A DNA stretch of 64,000 bases, from contig JAJDCD010000023.1 of NCBI GenBank assembly GCA_029261035.1, positions 237,126-301,125 on the forward strand. The letters run 5' to 3'. Positions 13,363 through 23,921 of the stretch are shown here, in pieces. A program made the position numbers and the translations under genes. Each line of letters opens with the position of its first letter. Position 1 is the stretch's first letter. The notes beneath the pieces were generated by a model. It did not search any database and was not told the origin of the DNA. It saw only the letters and a program-made list of their open reading frames with translations. The DNA comes from Candidatus Omnitrophota bacterium (GTDB lineage Bacteria > Omnitrophota > Omnitrophia > Omnitrophales > JACROU01).

Positions 13363-16300
13363 TTATTTCTCCCATACAGGGCAAATAGACTTATAGTCAC
13401 ACATTTTACACTTCATAAACTGGTCGGACTCACTACAGGCGGGAAAGTCTCCAATCCGTATTTTTTGAGAAGTGTCTTCTATTTTTTTTCTTGTTTCTTC
13501 AATGCGGTCGGGGGCGACTTGTGTCGAAACCCGCTCTCGAGCCTCTAAATAGTAAAAGGTAAGACGTTCAATTTCAAGTTCTGTCATTTGTTTCAGCGCC
13601 ATTGCATAAATAGATAATTGGAGGCTTGCGTCGGCATATTTTTGATCTTTAGCTTTTCCTGTTTTGTAATCGATCACTTCGATTTTATTGTCCGGAGTTT
13701 TTTGAACCCGATCAATCTTTCCTCTAATTTCAAGGAGATCGTTGATTTTAATTGTGAAGCCTTCCTCGATAAAAGGAGAGCTTAAGTTGAAGAGAGCTTG
13801 ATTGTCCTCAAAGTAGTTTTTTAAAATCGAGTAACCTTTTTCTTTATACTCTGCTTCTTGAAATTGATTTTTAAACCCTTGGCTTCCCCAACTATTTTCA
13901 TAGAGCTCGATTAATTTTTCAACCTTTCCCTCTTTTCCATCTTCAATTTCACGGTAGAAATCTTCAAGCGCTTTATGGACATTGTTTCCAAAAGCGAGAT
14001 GAGGGTTTTTTCTTTCTGGAATACGATAAATATAATGGAATTTGTATTTTAAAGGACACCACTCGTAAGACTCTATTTGGGAATGGCTTAAAACGAGCTT
14101 TTCATTAAGGGGTTGTTCTGGTTTGTTTTCTTGCTCTGGCTGGGCAACTTTTATCTGGACCGAAGGGTTTTTTGCGATAGCTCTCAAAGCTTGTTTGGCT
14201 TTTTCTTCATCAAAAGCGCTTCCCGCTTTCTTCGTGTCAAAATATATTTCAAGGAGATCTTTCAATTCTTTTTCCATGTTCTCTGCAGAAGATTTTTCTA
14301 AGGAGCGAATAAATTTAAATAAAGTCTCAAAAGAAGGACCTTCTTCTTGGACGGAAGAAACTTTTGTTTTTTTCTTTGTTTCTTCATGTTCTTTTACGAC
14401 TACTTTATCTTGAGCGGAGGAATTAAAAAGCTCTTGAATGAAAACAGAGGTTTTAACCCTTGGTTTTTCCACAGAGCTTAAAATCAAATTTGTTTGAGCT
14501 CGGGTAAGCCCCACATAAAAAAGTCGCCTCTCTTCTTCTATATGAAAGTCGCCTTGTGGAAGCTCTTCTTTCATTAAGGTGTCTGGAAAAGGAAGAAACT
14601 CTCTTTTTTTCCTTGTTGGGAATCGTCCTTGAGTTAGAGAGGGCATAAAAACAATAGGGAACTCAAGCCCTTTAGCCGCATGCACGGTGAGCAACTTAAC
14701 GCTATTTGTTTCTTGTCGGCTTTCCTCTGTTTCTGGGTCAAGCGAAAGCTCTTCGGCAAGAGACAGATGTTTTAACAGTTTTCTGAGAGAAGGGGTTTTT
14801 TTGTCATTTTCTTCAAAGCTTTTTACATAAGCAAGAAACTGACTCATATAGAGAACAGTTTTTTCAGCTTTTTCTGTCCCGTTTTTTAAATAGGCAGAAA
14901 AAACTTTAAATTCTTTTGCCACTTCCCACAACAAGTCGCTGGGGGAGAGTTTTTTTATTTTGGATTTAATTCGAGAACTTTTTTCATTGAAAGCCATAAG
15001 TTTTATTTGAGAGCCTTTTGTAATGGAAGGGCACTTATCTGCTTTGCCTAATAAGTAAACAAAAGGAGTTTTCATCTCTTTTCGAGACCAATCTTGAAAA
15101 AGACGATATTCTTGTGGCGGCAAATTTACGTAGCCCCCTAAAAGAAGTCGAGCTAACGAAATGTCCTCATCGTCTTCAGAAAGAAATTTTAAAAAAGCGA
15201 GGAGGTCTCGAACAGATTCTTGTTCTAAGAGCTTTTTTCCATTTAAATCAGAATAAGGAACTCCTTCGGATTCGAGAGCTTCTTTGATCTTCACACCATG
15301 ACTATGCGCACGTATAAGAATGGCCGCTTGTGAAAAATCTTTTTTGGCTCTTTTTTTTATTTCTTTGGCAATCCACAGAGCTTCGTCATCATAATTTGTG
15401 AAAGTGTGGTGTTCTACAGGAGCGCCTTCTGGGAGCTCTGCTTTTAGTTCCTTGATTTCATCGTATCGATCTTTTCCATTGAGTGTTATTGAAGCGCTAG
15501 CAACTCCAAGAATATTTCCTGAAGAGCGGTAGTTGCGAATAAGCTTTAATACGGAAGCGTCTTTAAATAAATCTCTAAATTTTTTAAAGCTAGCATATGA
15601 TGCCCCGCGAAACCTATAAATAGCCTGATCGTCGTCCCCTACAACACAGAGGTTCTTATGATGCTGGGAGAAGAGGTATAGAAGTTGAATTTGTGAGATG
15701 TTCGTATCTTGAAATTCGTCTACCAAAACATATTGAAACTGTTCTGCTATTTTTTTTGAGACAGAAGCATTGTTCTGTAGCAGTTGAACACTTGCCTGAA
15801 TAAGCCCACCAAAATCTAAAACCTCATTTTCTTTTAAGGTTTCTTCATAGCGTTTATAAACTTCACAGATTTCTTTAAAGGGCTCTGTGTTTTCCGTGGC
15901 GCTTTGATTTTTAATAAATTCGGAGAATAAGTCGGGTGTAACCAACTCATCTTTACAACGATCAATGAACCTTAAGAATGGAATAACTAAACTTTCTTTA
16001 CTCGAAATATGAGAAAAAGACTTTAGAGGAAGTTCCCACAACAAAGGCTCTAAGAAGGCGGCGCGTTCTAAGGTTTGGCTTAAAAGTTTTATGCGAGGAG
16101 ATAGACCCATTTGCAATGCATATTCTTGCACTAAATCCAAAGCAAAAGAATGAAAGGTCTTTACCTGTGGGATGCTCGCCAAGTCAGGCATCAACGCGCT
16201 AATACGCTGCTCCATTTCTTCCGTCGCTTTTTTTGTGTAAGTTAGAGCAAGAATGTTTTCTGCGTGAAGATTTTCTTTTGTTGCTAGAAGGTAGGCCAAG

Positions 16301-16455
16301 CGATGTGTAATTACTTTGGTCTTCCCCGTTCCAGCACCTGCCAAAATTAAAGAAGGGCCTTCTGTTTGTGTTACAGCTTCAAGCTGTTCTGGATTTAAAC
16401 CTTCCAGAAGATGGTTGGCTGAGGTGTTTGATTTAGAAGAGGTTTTAATCGTCAT
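13363..16455 (-). CDS. UvrD/PcrA-like SF1A helicase fused to C-terminal PD-(D/E)XK nuclease with four cysteines
   Basis: LAGAGTGKT, VDEFQD, VGDDDQAIY, HAAKGLEF, EEERRLFYVGLTRA; then S.SQI..Y..CP, GKIDR, IDYKTGK, QL.IY, C..C.Y..IC. Confidence 0.9.
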   Translation of the reverse strand: MTIKTSSKSNTSANHLLEGLNPEQLEAVTQTEGPSLILAGAGTGKTKVITHRLAYLLATKENLHAENILALTYTKKATEEMEQRISALMPDLASIPQVKTFHSFALDLVQEYALQMGLSPRIKLLSQTLERAAFLEPLLWELPLKSFSHISSKESLVIPFLRFIDRCKDELVTPDLFSEFIKNQSATENTEPFKEICEVYKRYEETLKENEVLDFGGLIQASVQLLQNNASVSKKIAEQFQYVLVDEFQDTNISQIQLLYLFSQHHKNLCVVGDDDQAIYRFRGASYASFKKFRDLFKDASVLKLIRNYRSSGNILGVASASITLNGKDRYDEIKELKAELPEGAPVEHHTFTNYDDEALWIAKEIKKRAKKDFSQAAILIRAHSHGVKIKEALESEGVPYSDLNGKKLLEQESVRDLLAFLKFLSEDDEDISLARLLLGGYVNLPPQEYRLFQDWSRKEMKTPFVYLLGKADKCPSITKGSQIKLMAFNEKSSRIKSKIKKLSPSDLLWEVAKEFKVFSAYLKNGTEKAEKTVLYMSQFLAYVKSFEENDKKTPSLRKLLKHLSLAEELSLDPETEESRQETNSVKLLTVHAAKGLEFPIVFMPSLTQGRFPTRKKREFLPFPDTLMKEELPQGDFHIEEERRLFYVGLTRAQTNLILSSVEKPRVKTSVFIQELFNSSAQDKVVVKEHEETKKKTKVSSVQEEGPSFETLFKFIRSLEKSSAENMEKELKDLLEIYFDTKKAGSAFDEEKAKQALRAIAKNPSVQIKVAQPEQENKPEQPLNEKLVLSHSQIESYEWCPLKYKFHYIYRIPERKNPHLAFGNNVHKALEDFYREIEDGKEGKVEKLIELYENSWGSQGFKNQFQEAEYKEKGYSILKNYFEDNQALFNLSSPFIEEGFTIKINDLLEIRGKIDRVQKTPDNKIEVIDYKTGKAKDQKYADASLQLSIYAMALKQMTELEIERLTFYYLEARERVSTQVAPDRIEETRKKIEDTSQKIRIGDFPACSESDQFMKCKMCDYKSICPVWEK

Positions 16456-16515
16456 AGGTATAAAACCAGCGGTTTATCTCACTTGGAGAATTTAGATTCA
16501 TACTGAATAGCTTTG

Positions 16516-16567
16516 TTTGGTACCACGGAGCTCAGTACCGAGCGTGTCGGGTCTTTAGACCTGGCAC
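16516..16567. repeat. Dispersed 52-bp REP-like repeat, copy 1
   Basis: 43/52 identical to 59386-59437; ends in hairpin gtgtcgggtc-ttta-gacctggcac. Confidence 0.8.
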
Positions 16568-16593
16568 GCCCACCCACAGAGAATTATGAGTAT

Positions 16594-17820
16594 TTATGCT
16601 TGTGCGAAAACTTCTCTAGCAACAATGCCGACAACACCAAGCGCAACAGAGTTTTCTCCAAAAGCAGAAGGGATAATTTTTACATAATTTGCGGATTCTT
16701 CTACAGCCCATTCTTTCACTTCTTGCTTTACAGCTTCCATGAAAATGCCACCGCAGTCCTCAATCCCCCCACCAATGACAACAATTTCAGGGTTTAGAAG
16801 GTTTACAAGAAATGCAATTTTTCGTCCAAGGTTACGACCCCCTTCTTGAATAACTTCTTGTGCAACAGGGTCATTTTCTTTAAAAGCTTGGAGAACTTCT
16901 TTGACAGAAATTTTGTCTGGGTCTCCACCGGCGAGATCTAAAATCCTAGAGCTTTTCCCTTTGGAAATAATTTCTCTTGCAGCGTTTGCCATTCCCAAAT
17001 CCATTTCCCAGCGACCTAATTGGGAAGCAGCAGACGGGGTTTCTTCAGAAGTGTACTTTGGATTTTGAGAAGCGATTCCAAGCTCTCCTGCGGCACCTGT
17101 AGCACCACGAAAAATTTCTCCATTAATCATGATTCCACAACCAACACCAGAAAACATATAAACCATGTGTTTTACATCTCTATCCAAACCTAACCACTTT
17201 TCTCCTAATACAGCTGCATTAGCATCATTTTCAACAAAGGTTGGAATATTCAAACGCTTTTCAAAAAGATCTTTAATAGAAATGCAAATAGAAACATCTT
17301 TTGTTCCTAAAGCTCCGGGCCAACGAATTGTTCTTCCACGCTCATCAATAATTCCAGGGATTGCAACGCCAAGTCCAGCAATTTTATCTTTGTCTACATC
17401 TGATTTTTCTATAATTTCTTCCGCGAGAAGAATAAGCTCTTCCATCATGGATTCAGAGTTCTCTGGTTTTCTTTCTTTTTTAACTTCATAAATCACGTTG
17501 GTCTCTAAATCAACAAGAACGCCTACCATAGATAGCATGTTCAAACCGATACCAATGATATAAGCCGATTTTGGGTTGAGCTCTACTAGAACAGGTTTGC
17601 GACCGCCTGTGGATTCATCTAACTCACCTTCTACAACGAGGCTTTTTTTGATGTAATGGTTTACATAGTTGGAAACCGTTACAATATTAAATTCTGTGAT
17701 TTTGGAGATATCTGTACGAGAAATGGGGCCGTTCTTACGAATCACTTCTAAAATAGCTAAATTTTTTCTTTCTTTATCCGTTAACGTCCGATCTTTTAAA
17801 AGAGTTTGTTTAATGAGCAT
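16594..17820 (-). CDS. ROK family transcriptional regulator (NagC/XylR-like)
   Basis: N-terminal HTH (ISRTDIS..T..TVS), GGRKP, ENDANAAVLGE, GAAGELG, NLLNPE..VIGGG. Confidence 0.9.
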   Translation of the reverse strand: MLIKQTLLKDRTLTDKERKNLAILEVIRKNGPISRTDISKITEFNIVTVSNYVNHYIKKSLVVEGELDESTGGRKPVLVELNPKSAYIIGIGLNMLSMVGVLVDLETNVIYEVKKERKPENSESMMEELILLAEEIIEKSDVDKDKIAGLGVAIPGIIDERGRTIRWPGALGTKDVSICISIKDLFEKRLNIPTFVENDANAAVLGEKWLGLDRDVKHMVYMFSGVGCGIMINGEIFRGATGAAGELGIASQNPKYTSEETPSAASQLGRWEMDLGMANAAREIISKGKSSRILDLAGGDPDKISVKEVLQAFKENDPVAQEVIQEGGRNLGRKIAFLVNLLNPEIVVIGGGIEDCGGIFMEAVKQEVKEWAVEESANYVKIIPSAFGENSVALGVVGIVAREVFAQA

Positions 17821-18085
17821 GTTGTTTTTCCTCCGAATGGGATTGACCGTTTATAGGCCTTTTTGGCTCTTAAATGTTACATTTCAAAGCCTTTAGTTGA
17901 GCAAAATGTACCACGTCTGTTTGCCCGTAAAAACACGCAAAATATAGCAGATTTATTATTTATTTGCAAGGACTTATGAAAATTTGAGAAGAACTCTTTT
18001 TAGGGCTTTTTTTAAAGATAAGAAAGGCAGTTATTAAAGCATGTTAATAAAGGAGTTATGAAAAGTCGAATCGGAACTCTTTTTC

Positions 18086-20047
18086 TTAAAAAAACTCTTC
18101 GTCTTTGAGGAGGGCTTGAACTTTTCTTCCTATGGGGTCTCTTCCGAATAGCTGTTGGATTGAGCCGTTATTGAGGTAATTGACCAAAGCAATAAAGCTC
18201 ATTCCTTGATCTAAGGCGAGATATTGTCTGGTAATAGTTCTTCCTCGAGCTTGAAGGGCATCATAAAAGCCATACTCTCCATAAACATCATAACGACGAA
18301 TCATTTGCTTAATATTTTCAATAGCATCTTCCGGGATAGTTTCTAAAGCAAGGAACGTTGCGTGAGGGGTAACAATGCCAGCATCATTATAGCCCTTAAC
18401 CCCTAATGCTTTAATTCCAAATTCTCCATAGTGAGTTTCTTTACCACGAGAATAAGAGCAAGGAGAAATTCCCCAAACAGGATACTTTCTTTCTTTAAGA
18501 GCATAATCTCTTTGAATTTCCGAAGCAATTTTATTGTTTAAGCCTAAGCCTAAAGGGGCCCACTTTTTTTCAGAAACAATAATGGTAGGCATTAGAAATT
18601 CAAACATAGAGCCACCCCAACTTGGAATGAAGCGACGCTGCTTGTATTTATAAAAACCTGTTCGCACATCAAAACCTCCAAAACTTTCAGCTTTCTCTTT
18701 TCCTTTTTGAGTTTGCCAATCCCACTTGGTTGGAGGGATGCGGTATAAATGGAACCAGTGCTCTTTTGGAACATCGCCTTTTCCAATAGCAAGCATGCTG
18801 AGCATGCGCGTTTCTGTTGAAAGCAAACTATAATGAAAGGAAGAGTAGGCTTTTTTTGCTTCGTCATACCCAATAGACATTTGTCCTACTCCGGGGTCAT
18901 AAAAGAAATCGAAATCCATTTGGTTTAAGAAAGAAGAAGCTTGGCCACCCAACTCTTTTTTAAAAGCAGAGCGAATAACGACATAAGAAACAGCAAGCCA
19001 CGCGTTATCGATGGAAGAAATAAAGCTACTTGTGGGATGCATGTGAGTCGTGTTGTAGTAGTTATATAAAAAGTTCTTATGTTTTTTTAGTTTTTGGATT
19101 GTGGCAAAGGAACGTTGAATTCTTCTGAGGGCTTCTGCTCTTGGAATAAAACCCAAATGATAAGCGCCGATACAAGAAATGTGGTAAAGGCCTATGTTTG
19201 TTGGAGATGTGTAATCGCCTAGAAAGCGATTTGTATCTAATTTAACATGATCTACAATCAGTTCGTTTCTGGAATCAACGAAATTATCAAAGTATTTCCA
19301 GGTGTCTTTTGCAATTTGTTTAAGCATCAAACGGGAGTCTAATTTGAGTAAACTTTTTCTTCTTTGTAAATTACTGATTTGTTTAGGGAACCCTTTAAGA
19401 TTATCTTTAAGAGAAGCAAAACTCAGGTCGGCAGGGCCGGAAAATTCAACTTGGTCTATAATAACTTGACCCACCATTCCCAAAAATCCCGAATGAAGAT
19501 TTATTTGAAGCTCTTTAAGATAATTAAGATCTACCCCCTCAAATTTTTCTAAAGGGATCAATACAGGCTTCCACTTATTTTTTTCTTTTTGGCCAACATA
19601 AGGGGAAATAGCAATTTCTTTTTGATTGTTGTTTATATCCACTAAACGAACTCGGAGACTTTCTTTAACCCCAAAAGTTCCTTGATACCAAAAACTAATA
19701 TTTTTTGCTTGGCTTATGTCTAGAGGTTCGAGTTGCGTTTTCCATTGGAATTGGTTTTTTCCCAGAAGACCAAAGATGACTTCCAAACTTCTTCCTTGTT
19801 TGTATATAGCATCTTCATCTCTATAGGTTTTTCGTAAGTGCGTGTTCTCAGGAGATGTTAGCGTAGATTCGGCGCCTATTTTGTTTCTGCCAACAGTAGA
19901 AAAATTATCAATTGTTAATTTTTGATTTTGAGAGAGGCCAGATAAGTATTGATTAATAGAGCTTGTGGTACTAGATTTGGAAAAAGAAGGATTTGGAAAA
20001 AGAAAAAGAAGAATGAGAAAAAGGGAGATGGTTTTTATTAACTTCAT
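18086..20047 (-). CDS. Secreted glycoamylase-domain (GH144/GH189-like) beta-glucan-active enzyme with N-terminal CBM-like domain
   Basis: Signal peptide; TSPTNIGLY, SSIDNAWL, WGGSMFEFLMP, WGIS, VTPHA, YGFYDA, LDQGM as in the NdvB/Cgs middle domain. Confidence 0.75.
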   Translation of the reverse strand: MKLIKTISLFLILLFLFPNPSFSKSSTTSSINQYLSGLSQNQKLTIDNFSTVGRNKIGAESTLTSPENTHLRKTYRDEDAIYKQGRSLEVIFGLLGKNQFQWKTQLEPLDISQAKNISFWYQGTFGVKESLRVRLVDINNNQKEIAISPYVGQKEKNKWKPVLIPLEKFEGVDLNYLKELQINLHSGFLGMVGQVIIDQVEFSGPADLSFASLKDNLKGFPKQISNLQRRKSLLKLDSRLMLKQIAKDTWKYFDNFVDSRNELIVDHVKLDTNRFLGDYTSPTNIGLYHISCIGAYHLGFIPRAEALRRIQRSFATIQKLKKHKNFLYNYYNTTHMHPTSSFISSIDNAWLAVSYVVIRSAFKKELGGQASSFLNQMDFDFFYDPGVGQMSIGYDEAKKAYSSFHYSLLSTETRMLSMLAIGKGDVPKEHWFHLYRIPPTKWDWQTQKGKEKAESFGGFDVRTGFYKYKQRRFIPSWGGSMFEFLMPTIIVSEKKWAPLGLGLNNKIASEIQRDYALKERKYPVWGISPCSYSRGKETHYGEFGIKALGVKGYNDAGIVTPHATFLALETIPEDAIENIKQMIRRYDVYGEYGFYDALQARGRTITRQYLALDQGMSFIALVNYLNNGSIQQLFGRDPIGRKVQALLKDEEFF

Positions 20048-20069
20048 AGATCAAGTTTTCTCTTAGATT

Positions 20070-20109
20070 AAAAAAATGGGAAGCAGAAAACGCGTTTCCG
20101 CTTCCCATT
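20070..20109 (-). terminator. Intrinsic terminator after GH94 gene
   Basis: aatgggaagc...gcttcccatt 10-bp stem followed by T-run on minus strand. Confidence 0.75.
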
Positions 20110-20123
20110 AGGAATGTGTTGCT

Positions 20124-22568
20124 TTAACCCATTATTACTTCAACGATGTGATTCTTCCCATCGTCGAATGCTTTTACTACAGTTCCTTCGATGACATTAC
20201 CGTCTACTTTTACTTCTTTAACACCCGTTTCAAGCTCATTTGGGTTCGAGAAAGAAATATCATAAGTACAACCACGGAATAAGCGGTGTGTCTTAAATTC
20301 TTTCCACTTAGGGACACAAGGATCAATTTCAAGTCCTTCTGCACAAGAACGAACACCTATGATCCAGTCTAAAGAGACTCGGAATAACCATGTTCCAGAG
20401 CCGGTATACCAAGTCCAACCCCCACGACCAAAGTTAGGAGAATCGGGACCGTCGGTGTTTCCTGGAGTCACATAAGGTTCTACAAAGTAGCTGTCTGGGT
20501 CTTTACCTCTTTCAAGAGGGCTAAAGCTCTTGTAAGTTTCGAACCCTTTAAGTCCTTTGCGTCTCATTAAGATGGCTTGAAGCCCCCAACAAGCTGCATG
20601 AGTATAAACGCCTCCGTTTTCTCTAAGACCTGGAGCGTAACGAGTGATATACCCAATTTTTGGATCTGTTACAGAATAAGCAGGATTTAAAAGAAGAGGA
20701 CCGTGTTCGCGGTAAAGAACCTCTTCTGCAGTATCCATACATTTATCTGCGCGATCTTTTGGAGCAACATTATTGATAAGAGCCCATACTTGACCCATAA
20801 GATCAATTTTACCTTGATCTACGGTCTTACTACCCATTGGAACTCCATCGTCACGAGTTGCGCGAATATAACGATCGTCTTCCCAAGCGTGCTCGTTGAT
20901 ATCTTTAACGAGCTGTTCTGCGCGCTGTGAGTAGTTGTCTCCACGATCTTTTTCGCCAAACTTTTCACAAAGAGGAGCAAAACGTCTCATAATTCCTACC
21001 ATGAAATGTCCCAACCAAATAGATTCACCCTTCCACTCTGGACCTACGTGACTGAAGCCATCATTCCAGTCTCCTTCACCAATAAGAGGTAAGCCTCTTG
21101 GCGACCAACGAGAAAGAACTTTATCTATCGCACGACAACAGTGATCATATAAACTTCCTTCTGTTGCTGGTTTGTCTTTTTCTTTTGGATCTTTTAAGAA
21201 AGGAATGCTTTCTTTTAAAAGATCAAAATCTTGAGTTTCGTCTAAATAATTTAATGTGATGTAAGCAAGCCACACTAAATCATCCGTCATTTCGGTAATA
21301 GCTCCCATGCCTGTTCCTGGATGCCACCAATGATGCACGGTACCATCTGGGAATTGTTGTTCTGCATGAGTGACGATTTGGCTTCGAGCTAGTTCTGGTT
21401 TTAATGGGAAGAATACCTGACAGTCTTGCAACTGATCTCTAAACCCAATACCACCACTAGATTGATAGTAAGCACACTTAGCCCAGATACGACCAGCAAT
21501 CGCCTGGTATTTGAGCCAACGGTTTGTTAAGAAGTTGAATCCTTCATCTGGAGTTTCAACGGTTGTTTTGTCCAAAAGATCATTCCAGAACTTTTTTGTA
21601 TTTTCAAGTTCTGCACTTGCTGTCTTTGGGTCTAAATATTTTTTAATTAAAACTTCAGAAGCTTTTCTGTCATGAGTTGCACCGAGAACAAAAATAATTT
21701 CCTTTTCTTCTCCTGGAGCTAACTCTATATTTGAATTTAAAGAAGCAACAGAATCACACCATTTTCCTTGAGTGTTTTTTAACTTACCTTCTTTAACTGC
21801 TCTTGGAGCCATAATGTTTCCATACATTCCGAAGAACGCTTCTTTGTCCCCTTCATAACCCGCAGGTTTTACATTAATAGCATGGAAAGCTTCTAATGGT
21901 TTTTCTGCAAGCCCTGTAGAGATAAAATGAGGAATCAAAGCAGGTCTCTTTAGACCATAAATTGCATTATTTGCTTCATCAATTTCGGTTTCGATAAAGG
22001 TTTTGTGGAATTCTCTATGGGTATCCGCAGCGTTTCCAAGGCACCATTCAAAATAAGAAAAAACACCTATGTTTCTTTTTTTGTCACTTTCGTTAACTAA
22101 GCGGAGTTTCCAAACTTCGATCGGATCTTTAGCAGCAACGAAAACTGTTTTTTCGGCATAGATTCCATTAAGTTTTGATTTCAAAATCGTGTAACCTTGT
22201 CCGTAACGCGCTTCAAAGAAATCAAAGTCAGGACAGGTTGGCTTCCAAGACTGACTCCAGAATTCTCCGGTGTCATTATCGCGAAGATAAATGTAAGAAC
22301 CCCATTCATCTTTGATTAAGTCTTGTTCCCAACGGGTAATACGAGAAAGGTTTGAATTTTCCTTCCAAGAAAAAGAACCCCCCGTTTGAGAGATTACAGT
22401 TCCATAATCTCCGTTACACATAACATTCACCCAAGGACGCGGGGTGTCTGGACGTGTGATGACATACTCATGACCGTTTTCGGTGAAGTAGCCATACTTG
22501 TTTTCAAACTTTCTTACTTCTGTTGCAGACTGCTGAGATGAATTCGTTTGTATTGTATTTTGACTCAT
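20124..22568 (-). CDS. GH94 glycoside phosphorylase
   Basis: TPRPWVN, YQSSGGIGFRDQLQD, GDWNDG, RENGGVYTHA, WYTGS. Confidence 0.92.
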   Translation of the reverse strand: MSQNTIQTNSSQQSATEVRKFENKYGYFTENGHEYVITRPDTPRPWVNVMCNGDYGTVISQTGGSFSWKENSNLSRITRWEQDLIKDEWGSYIYLRDNDTGEFWSQSWKPTCPDFDFFEARYGQGYTILKSKLNGIYAEKTVFVAAKDPIEVWKLRLVNESDKKRNIGVFSYFEWCLGNAADTHREFHKTFIETEIDEANNAIYGLKRPALIPHFISTGLAEKPLEAFHAINVKPAGYEGDKEAFFGMYGNIMAPRAVKEGKLKNTQGKWCDSVASLNSNIELAPGEEKEIIFVLGATHDRKASEVLIKKYLDPKTASAELENTKKFWNDLLDKTTVETPDEGFNFLTNRWLKYQAIAGRIWAKCAYYQSSGGIGFRDQLQDCQVFFPLKPELARSQIVTHAEQQFPDGTVHHWWHPGTGMGAITEMTDDLVWLAYITLNYLDETQDFDLLKESIPFLKDPKEKDKPATEGSLYDHCCRAIDKVLSRWSPRGLPLIGEGDWNDGFSHVGPEWKGESIWLGHFMVGIMRRFAPLCEKFGEKDRGDNYSQRAEQLVKDINEHAWEDDRYIRATRDDGVPMGSKTVDQGKIDLMGQVWALINNVAPKDRADKCMDTAEEVLYREHGPLLLNPAYSVTDPKIGYITRYAPGLRENGGVYTHAACWGLQAILMRRKGLKGFETYKSFSPLERGKDPDSYFVEPYVTPGNTDGPDSPNFGRGGWTWYTGSGTWLFRVSLDWIIGVRSCAEGLEIDPCVPKWKEFKTHRLFRGCTYDISFSNPNELETGVKEVKVDGNVIEGTVVKAFDDGKNHIVEVIMG

Positions 22569-22601
22569 GGGATTAAAAAACTCCTTTTATCTATTTTATT
22601 T

Positions 22602-23921
22602 TTATTTGTCTTTATCTTTGGCAAGAACAGCGTCTATCCTTGGAACTACTTTACCAACAACAACTTCGACGGTTTCTTTGCCATTAAACATAAGGTCGAA
22701 ACCTTCATTAATATACTTACTTTCTATTTCTCTCCATTTTGGATGAAACGGATCGTAAGTTACGTACTTTACTGCTTTGTTCAACATACCTTTATTGAGC
22801 GGTGGGTTGGAATCCCCTGCCCAATCAGGCCCTTTAGCTATTGCTTGTAAAGCCGGTTGAGCCAGCCCACGTTTTGCTAATTCTTTTTGTCCTGTTGCAC
22901 CTGTTAGTGCTTTTACTACTTCCCAAGCAGCTTCTTTATTCTTAGAACTTTTCAAAATACAATAACCGGAACCGCCTGTACCAAAACCCCGAAGGCCTTT
23001 TGCATTTTTGGGAAACATAGCAACATCCCAATTAAAATCTCTTTTTCTCAAAGAAGGAGTTTCCCAAACGCCCGAAAGAAACATTCCCAATCTTCCCGTT
23101 GTAAACATCGTGTCTACACCCATCCCTGAATTGGTTAAAGCAACAGGTGTTGGCATTACTTTATGTTTGTTAATAAGGTCTACATAAAACTGGAGACCTT
23201 CAATGCTTTCAGGCGAATTCAAAATAGATCTTGTTGGGTTCTTCACATTATCTACAAGACCGCCGCCGTTACCATAAACAAAATTTTTCCAAGCCCAGCC
23301 ATAAAAACCGTATTGAGTGATGCGGCCATTTTCTCTTTTGGTCAAAGCTTGTGCTTTTTCTAACATATCTTGCCATGTCCAATCATCTGTTGGGTACGAC
23401 AAACCTTCTTGATCAAACAAATCCTTGTTGTAAAACACACAAGCAAATGGAGCGGTGTCTCTTGGAATGGCCAAGATTTCCTCATTTACTGTGAACCGGT
23501 CTAAAACCTCTGGAAAAAAAGTAGATGTTTTAAATGTAGAATCATTTTCAATAAAAGGATTTAAATTTTCTAAAACATTTTTACTCGCAAAACTTACAAA
23601 ATAATTTACTTCGGTACAAATAATATCAGGAGCTGCACCTCCAGCAATACGGGTTAAGATCTTGCTAACATATCCTCCATAAGGTGTATGCTCAAAACGT
23701 ACTTTAATGTCTGGGTGCAACACTTGCCAATCACTAATCGAATTCGTGATGATGTCAATTTCATCGGGGCTACCCCAAAAAGCAACTTTAACTAGTGTCT
23801 TTCCATCGTCTTCTGCGTTAGAACCACTACAGCCTGTTACAAAAAGAAAACTCAAACACATTATACAAACAAAAAATTTTGATGCCAAAGAACGTTCAAA
23901 GCGCTTTCGAACTACTTCCAT
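22602..23921 (-). CDS. Sugar ABC transporter substrate-binding lipoprotein
   Basis: Lipobox VTGC, AAPDI, FYNKDLF, WTW, WDVA..P, NKEAAW. Confidence 0.88.
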   Translation of the reverse strand: MEVVRKRFERSLASKFFVCIMCLSFLFVTGCSGSNAEDDGKTLVKVAFWGSPDEIDIITNSISDWQVLHPDIKVRFEHTPYGGYVSKILTRIAGGAAPDIICTEVNYFVSFASKNVLENLNPFIENDSTFKTSTFFPEVLDRFTVNEEILAIPRDTAPFACVFYNKDLFDQEGLSYPTDDWTWQDMLEKAQALTKRENGRITQYGFYGWAWKNFVYGNGGGLVDNVKNPTRSILNSPESIEGLQFYVDLINKHKVMPTPVALTNSGMGVDTMFTTGRLGMFLSGVWETPSLRKRDFNWDVAMFPKNAKGLRGFGTGGSGYCILKSSKNKEAAWEVVKALTGATGQKELAKRGLAQPALQAIAKGPDWAGDSNPPLNKGMLNKAVKYVTYDPFHPKWREIESKYINEGFDLMFNGKETVEVVVGKVVPRIDAVLAKDKDK

